Shown here: piece after piece, positions 57,795 to 64,000 of the stretch
How positions within the stretch are numbered: the stretch's first letter is position 1
How the letters are laid out: every line of letters starts with the position of its first letter
DNA from: Pseudomonadales bacterium
GTDB taxonomy: Bacteria; Pseudomonadota; Gammaproteobacteria; Pseudomonadales; IMCC2047
Direction: 5' to 3'
DNA: 64,000 bases
NCBI GenBank assembly: GCA_965230515.1
Contig: OZ246007.1
Span: 1,991,337-2,055,336 of the forward strand
Program-made: the position numbers and the translations under genes
The notes under the pieces: model-generated
Told to the model about the DNA's origin: nothing
What the model saw: the letters and a program-made list of their open reading frames with translations, nothing else
The model's database searches: none

Positions 57795-58295
57795 TTAAAA
57801 GATAACGCGTATTACAGAGACTACAGCCGCCAGTATCAGGATAAGCGCAATCGTTCTTGGCCAGATAAATAAAATGACACCGGCTAACCCGCCTGCCCCT
57901 ATATTCTCAATGATTAAAAATGTGGCGTCATCCTCCGCCATGCCAAATTGACCACCAATCTCGTGCTGGACTCCGACAAACACCAGAAGCACAAACATCA
58001 ATGCTGCCACCAAAGCGCCCAGCAGCAATCCGACAACGCGCCACCGTTTCCAACCATGAAAGGGATCCACCAAGAACAACCACACAAACAGTACGGGTAA
58101 CATCAGGAAAAACCAAATCCCGCCGGTATCAAATTTAGGCTTTGGCAACCCTATTCTAGCCAGAGCATGATAATTGCCCTGCATTCCCTCCGACATGTCC
58201 CGATTGTAATCTTCCAGCGTGTAAGGATCCTGTATCTCAGAATCGGGATTCACCGGGTTGATCGGTTTTTCCTGTCTATCCTGTAAATCACCCAT
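57795..58295 (-). CDS. Hypothetical membrane protein (acidic N-terminus, 3-4 TM)
   Basis: 166 aa with hydrophobic segments IWFFLMLPVLFVWLFLV, VVGLLLGALVAALMFVLLVFV, GAGGLAGVILFIW and ALILILAAVVSVI. I recognise no family. Confidence 0.5.
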   Translation of the reverse strand: MGDLQDRQEKPINPVNPDSEIQDPYTLEDYNRDMSEGMQGNYHALARIGLPKPKFDTGGIWFFLMLPVLFVWLFLVDPFHGWKRWRVVGLLLGALVAALMFVLLVFVGVQHEIGGQFGMAEDDATFLIIENIGAGGLAGVILFIWPRTIALILILAAVVSVIRVIF

Positions 58296-58363
58296 AATGC
58301 CAACCCCCTACTGTGTAATCAGGCGGCCCTGTTCAGCCAGTTTCGGTTGCGCGCTCACCAATG

Positions 58364-58837
58364 TTAATTATTCTGTTCCAGGTTGTGCATTCTTTTCAAT
58401 AAATCATTGATCTTGTTATTGACTCTGTTGATTGCTCCCCGTATTTCCTTCGCCTTGGCTTTCGCACGCTCGAGATCATGATCCGGTAAACGGCTCTGGC
58501 TCGCAATTTTTAGCCGGTTGAATATCTCTTTTTTGAGTTTCTCAATGTCACCGCTCACCTTTTGAATACAGGTTTTTTGTCGTGCCAGCTCTTTTTTCCA
58601 GAACAGGTAATCTGGCACCGTCATCATGGATATGCCATTTTCCGCTTCGGAAATTTTTCTTTCTATACTGGATACGGCAGCAATACACTCATTAAGGCGG
58701 CTTTCAGCCGCCGCCAACCGCTGGTAGAGCTGTGCATCGGAAAAGTCGCTGTAATAGCCATCTGCAAACGATACGGATGAACTCAAAAAAGCGATGATAG
58801 ATAACAACCTCAGACAACTACTCATGGTCTTCATCAT
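58364..58837 (-). CDS. Hypothetical secreted coiled-coil protein
   Basis: 157 aa with a signal peptide (LRLLSIIAFLSSSVSFA), then heptad-like K/E/A-rich helices. The gene is AT-rich. Confidence 0.5.
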   Translation of the reverse strand: MMKTMSSCLRLLSIIAFLSSSVSFADGYYSDFSDAQLYQRLAAAESRLNECIAAVSSIERKISEAENGISMMTVPDYLFWKKELARQKTCIQKVSGDIEKLKKEIFNRLKIASQSRLPDHDLERAKAKAKEIRGAINRVNNKINDLLKRMHNLEQNN

Positions 58838-59054
58838 GATTTGATTCCTTGTTTCTTTAAGATTATTTTGTAAAACCTTCCTGTTTACCGCATATCAGGT
58901 CACTTCGACATTCCTTCGAGCGTTCCGTGATATTGTCTTAAAGATACTACATTATCTGTTACGATAAACAATAGTTCGTGTATGTAGCATCTCTGACAAA
59001 GGCTGACTATACTCTCCATGATAGCTATAGCATTCCCTTAACCAATAAAAACAA

Positions 59055-59654
59055 GTGAATTATCTCGCACACCTAACCCTTTGCAATCGTGACACCCACT
59101 CAATCGTCGGCAATCTGCTGGGGGATTTTTGCAAATACCGAAATGATGATCCGTTGCCGACAAGGATAACCGACGGCATACACCTGCATCGCCGTGTTGA
59201 CCGCTTTACCGACTCCCATGCGGTGATCGCCGAACTCAAACCGCTTTTTTCGTCAGAACGCCGACGCTTTGCAGGCATTATTCTCGATGTCGCATTTGAT
59301 CATTTTCTTTCCAGACATTGGCAAACTTTTTGTCATCAGGATAAAACGTCCTTTATTCAACATTCCTATGATTGCCTGACGAAGGGTATGGACTACATGC
59401 CAGACAGAATGCAATTTGCCATGCAGACCATGATCAGGGAGGACTGGCTGGATGGTTACGCACACCTGTCCGGCATTGACTCGACACTCAACCGAATGTC
59501 CGGGCGGATCCGTTTTGAGAACAGGTTATATGGTGCTGTTGCCGAGATAGAGGATAATTATGAGGTGATAGAAGCCGGGTTTCTCAAGCTTTATCCGGAT
59601 TTGATCGATATGGTACAACAGCAACATGCGTTGCCTTTGTTTGCCGGACGGTGA
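59055..59654 (+). CDS. acpH: Acyl carrier protein phosphodiesterase
   Basis: 199 aa. MNYLAHLTLC...IVGNLLGDF and HRRVDRFTDSH match the AcpH N-terminus as I recall it. GTG start. Confidence 0.75.
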   Translation: MNYLAHLTLCNRDTHSIVGNLLGDFCKYRNDDPLPTRITDGIHLHRRVDRFTDSHAVIAELKPLFSSERRRFAGIILDVAFDHFLSRHWQTFCHQDKTSFIQHSYDCLTKGMDYMPDRMQFAMQTMIREDWLDGYAHLSGIDSTLNRMSGRIRFENRLYGAVAEIEDNYEVIEAGFLKLYPDLIDMVQQQHALPLFAGR

Positions 59655-59723
59655 CGGTATAACTGAAACGGGGCGAAGCCGGACTGGTTTCGCGCTTAAA
59701 CCGGATCACCCGCACGGACCAAC

Positions 59724-61697
<1,974 letters not shown>

Positions 61698-61826
61698 GTC
61701 CTGTTCCTGCTGCTGTAGCGCTTTAAAGAGTTGAGATGATAAACCTCTGTTTTGGTCATTTCCACAAAGAGTTTGTGAAACTATTTCTTATAGTTATTGT
61801 TTTTCCTGCACCTGTTTTAAGCGCCG

Positions 61827-62729
61827 TTAATACCCCGCTAGCGCTTTTGCGGCCCTGGAGTTAGATGCTCGCCCCAAAGCCTGCATCACATACTTTCCTG
61901 CATCCAGCAACCGCTCCATATCAACGCCGGTCTCTATTCCCAGACCATTCAGCATATAGAGCACATCTTCACTGGCAACATTTCCGGAAGCACCTTTTGC
62001 ATAGGGACAGCCGCCCAAGCCGGCGATCGAACTGTCCACCACGGTCACGCCTATCTCCAGCGCAGCGTAGATATTGGCCAATGCCTGGCCATAGGTATCA
62101 TGGCAATGTACTGCTAGTTTCTCCAGGGGCAGCACGTTGGCCACGGCTTCCAGCATATCCCTGGTTTGGCCCGGTGTGCCGACACCAATGGTGTCGCCGA
62201 GAGACACTTCATAGCAACCGATTGACACTAACTCCTTCGCCACCTCTGCCACGATGTCAGGCTCAACCTTTCCCTGATAGGGGCAGCCAATGACACAGGA
62301 GATATAACCTCGCACCGGCACACCCTGCTGTTTCGCCGCATGCATAATGGGCGCGAATCGCTCGATGCTTTCGGCAATACTGCAATTGATATTTTTCTGC
62401 GAGAACTGTTCGGAAGCAGCAGCAAAGATGGCCACCTCGCTTACCTGGCTGGCCAGCGCATTTTCAAAACCCTTGAAATTGGGGGTCAGAGCGCTATAGC
62501 TCACACCAGGCTTGCGTGCAATCTGTTGCATTACTTCAGCGGAATCTGCCATCTGTGGCACCCATTTTGGCGAAACAAAACTGGCCGCCTCAATTGCTTT
62601 CAGGCCGCTTTTGGCCAGCCGATTGATCAACTCGACCTTGACCTGGGTACTGATTTGTCCAGGCTCATTCTGCAGGCCGTCTCTCGGTCCGACCTCCACC
62701 ATTTTAACCTTTGTCGGTAACGACACCAT
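61827..62729 (-). CDS. liuE: Hydroxymethylglutaryl-CoA lyase
   Basis: 300 aa with [15 protein letters not shown] and [13 protein letters not shown]. Its start overlaps the liuD stop (TAATG). Confidence 0.9.
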   Translation of the reverse strand: MVSLPTKVKMVEVGPRDGLQNEPGQISTQVKVELINRLAKSGLKAIEAASFVSPKWVPQMADSAEVMQQIARKPGVSYSALTPNFKGFENALASQVSEVAIFAAASEQFSQKNINCSIAESIERFAPIMHAAKQQGVPVRGYISCVIGCPYQGKVEPDIVAEVAKELVSIGCYEVSLGDTIGVGTPGQTRDMLEAVANVLPLEKLAVHCHDTYGQALANIYAALEIGVTVVDSSIAGLGGCPYAKGASGNVASEDVLYMLNGLGIETGVDMERLLDAGKYVMQALGRASNSRAAKALAGY

Positions 62730-64000
62730 TACCCCCCGTTCTCTCCTTCCGCTTCAAAGGCAACCAGCTGTACACCTTCATCAACGAGATCACCCTCCTT
62801 AAAAAACACGTCACTGACCACACCATTAGCGGGCGCCCTGATAGTGTATTCCATTTTCATCGCTTCCATCACGATCAGGCCCTGATCCGCCTCCACCTGC
62901 GCACCCGGGCTAGCCAGTACAGCGACAATCGTACCATTCATCGGCGCCGTCAGCGTGCCCTCATCCTGTTCGAACAGATGCTCCTCAATACCTGGTTTAT
63001 ACCAAAGGTATTCGCACACGCCCTGTTCGGTGAAGAGCGTGATATGCCCGTCTGCTTCAACAACACCTACGGTCGATTGATGCCCATTCAGATTCACAAC
63101 CAGCTGATCATTTTGCAGGCGGCCGCTGGCGAGAATTTTCTCACCATCCAGCCGCAGCACATAGCCATTACCAGTCAGCTCGGCATCCACTTCTATATTA
63201 GGCAGCTCACTATCTGGAATACTAAGCTTTACACGCTGCAGATTAGATTCATTAACCCGCCAACCACTCAGGCTAAACCAGGGGGAGTGGGGGTCGTTAC
63301 TGGCAGCCGCCGCTACCACTCTGGATTGCTGCTGTAAAAGCAAAATAAACAGCGCCGCAATAGCGATATTCCGGTGCTCTTGTACTTTGCTTTGCCGGGG
63401 CGGAAACAGCTCCGCCTGATGTTTGTCGATAAACCCGGTATCCAGCTCCGCCTGCTGAAAGGCAGCGTGGTCCACCAGACGTTTTAGAAAGCTGGTATTG
63501 GTTTTCATTCCGGCGACCCGAAATTCGAGCAACGCTTGGGACATTCTCGACAACGCCCTGTCACGGGACTGATCCCAGACGATCAGTTTTGCTATCATCG
63601 GGTCGTAGTAAACACTTACCTCATCACCCTCGCGCACACCACTGTCAATTCTGACATGGCGGTTTTCCAACGGTGTACGCAGGTAAGTCAGGTTACCGGT
63701 AGCCGGCAAGAAATCATTGTCCGGATCTTCCGCGTAGATACGTGCTTCCAAAGCATGGCCCTGCAACCGCAGCTCGTGCTGTTGCAATGGCAGGCTATCG
63801 CCCGCTGCCACCTGTAGCTGCCACTCCACCAGATCCTGCCCGGAAATCAGCTCGGTAACCGGGTGTTCCACCTGCAGACGGGTGTTCATCTCCATAAAGT
63901 AGAAGGAGCCATCCTGGTCAAGTAAAAATTCCACGGTACCGGCACCCACATAGTCGATCGCCTTAGCCGCTTTTACCGCCGCTTCACCCATCTGCTGCCG
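62729..64000 (-). CDS. liuD: Methylcrotonyl-CoA carboxylase alpha subunit, C-terminal ~424 codons (N-terminus outside the window)
   Basis: Biotin-carboxylase C-domain ([32 protein letters not shown]) and a biotinyl domain with EAMKMEY. The reading frame is open to the window edge. Confidence 0.85.
   Translation of the reverse strand, partial: RQQMGEAAVKAAKAIDYVGAGTVEFLLDQDGSFYFMEMNTRLQVEHPVTELISGQDLVEWQLQVAAGDSLPLQQHELRLQGHALEARIYAEDPDNDFLPATGNLTYLRTPLENRHVRIDSGVREGDEVSVYYDPMIAKLIVWDQSRDRALSRMSQALLEFRVAGMKTNTSFLKRLVDHAAFQQAELDTGFIDKHQAELFPPRQSKVQEHRNIAIAALFILLLQQQSRVVAAAASNDPHSPWFSLSGWRVNESNLQRVKLSIPDSELPNIEVDAELTGNGYVLRLDGEKILASGRLQNDQLVVNLNGHQSTVGVVEADGHITLFTEQGVCEYLWYKPGIEEHLFEQDEGTLTAPMNGTIVAVLASPGAQVEADQGLIVMEAMKMEYTIRAPANGVVSDVFFKEGDLVDEGVQLVAFEAEGENGG

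Overview
This is a 64-kb chromosomal segment, roughly half G+C by eye, from an aerobic heterotrophic proteobacterium-like genome. The taxon cannot be fixed from the sequence alone. I saw no rRNA, tRNA or CRISPR. Contents from left to right: (1) An OMF-MFP-RND efflux operon (46-5792, minus strand) and a DUF2799-like lipoprotein. (2) A type II P-type cation ATPase (7126-9843) convergent with a translationally coupled operon of two paralogous DUF1538-like membrane proteins, a PII-like protein and a CBS-pair protein (9883-12208). This 5-gene block is bracketed by arrays of a TGGACACCC-core motif. (3) An accessory patch. It holds a RAYT-like HUH/Y1 transposase preceded by three tandem copies of a promoter/leader unit (12250-13811). 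This abuts a small chromosomal integron (13826-16040) with intI, a perfect LexA box, attI-like repeats, two AT-rich cassettes encoding unknown membrane proteins, and one recognisable attC. (4) An icmF-led B12-dependent short/branched acyl-CoA operon with a divergent GntR/FadR-type regulator and a palindromic operator (16048-24737). (5) A ~23-kb catabolic supercluster in which three TonB-dependent receptors each sit with their own enzyme set and regulator (25008-48558). (6) A complete quinohemoprotein amine dehydrogenase locus, qhpA-D-C-B-F-E-G (48946-57306). This is a radical-SAM/SPASM cross-linked peptide-subunit system and is known biology. (7) phnA/yjdM, two unknown envelope proteins, acpH, and aacS-liuE-liuD, with liuD running off the window. 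The best candidates for uncharacterised biology are the DUF1538/PII/CBS module, the integron cassettes together with the RAYT repeat architecture, and the receptor-linked ThDP/VOC/SDR operon. All functional calls come from reading the translated ORFs and motifs by eye. No database search was run.
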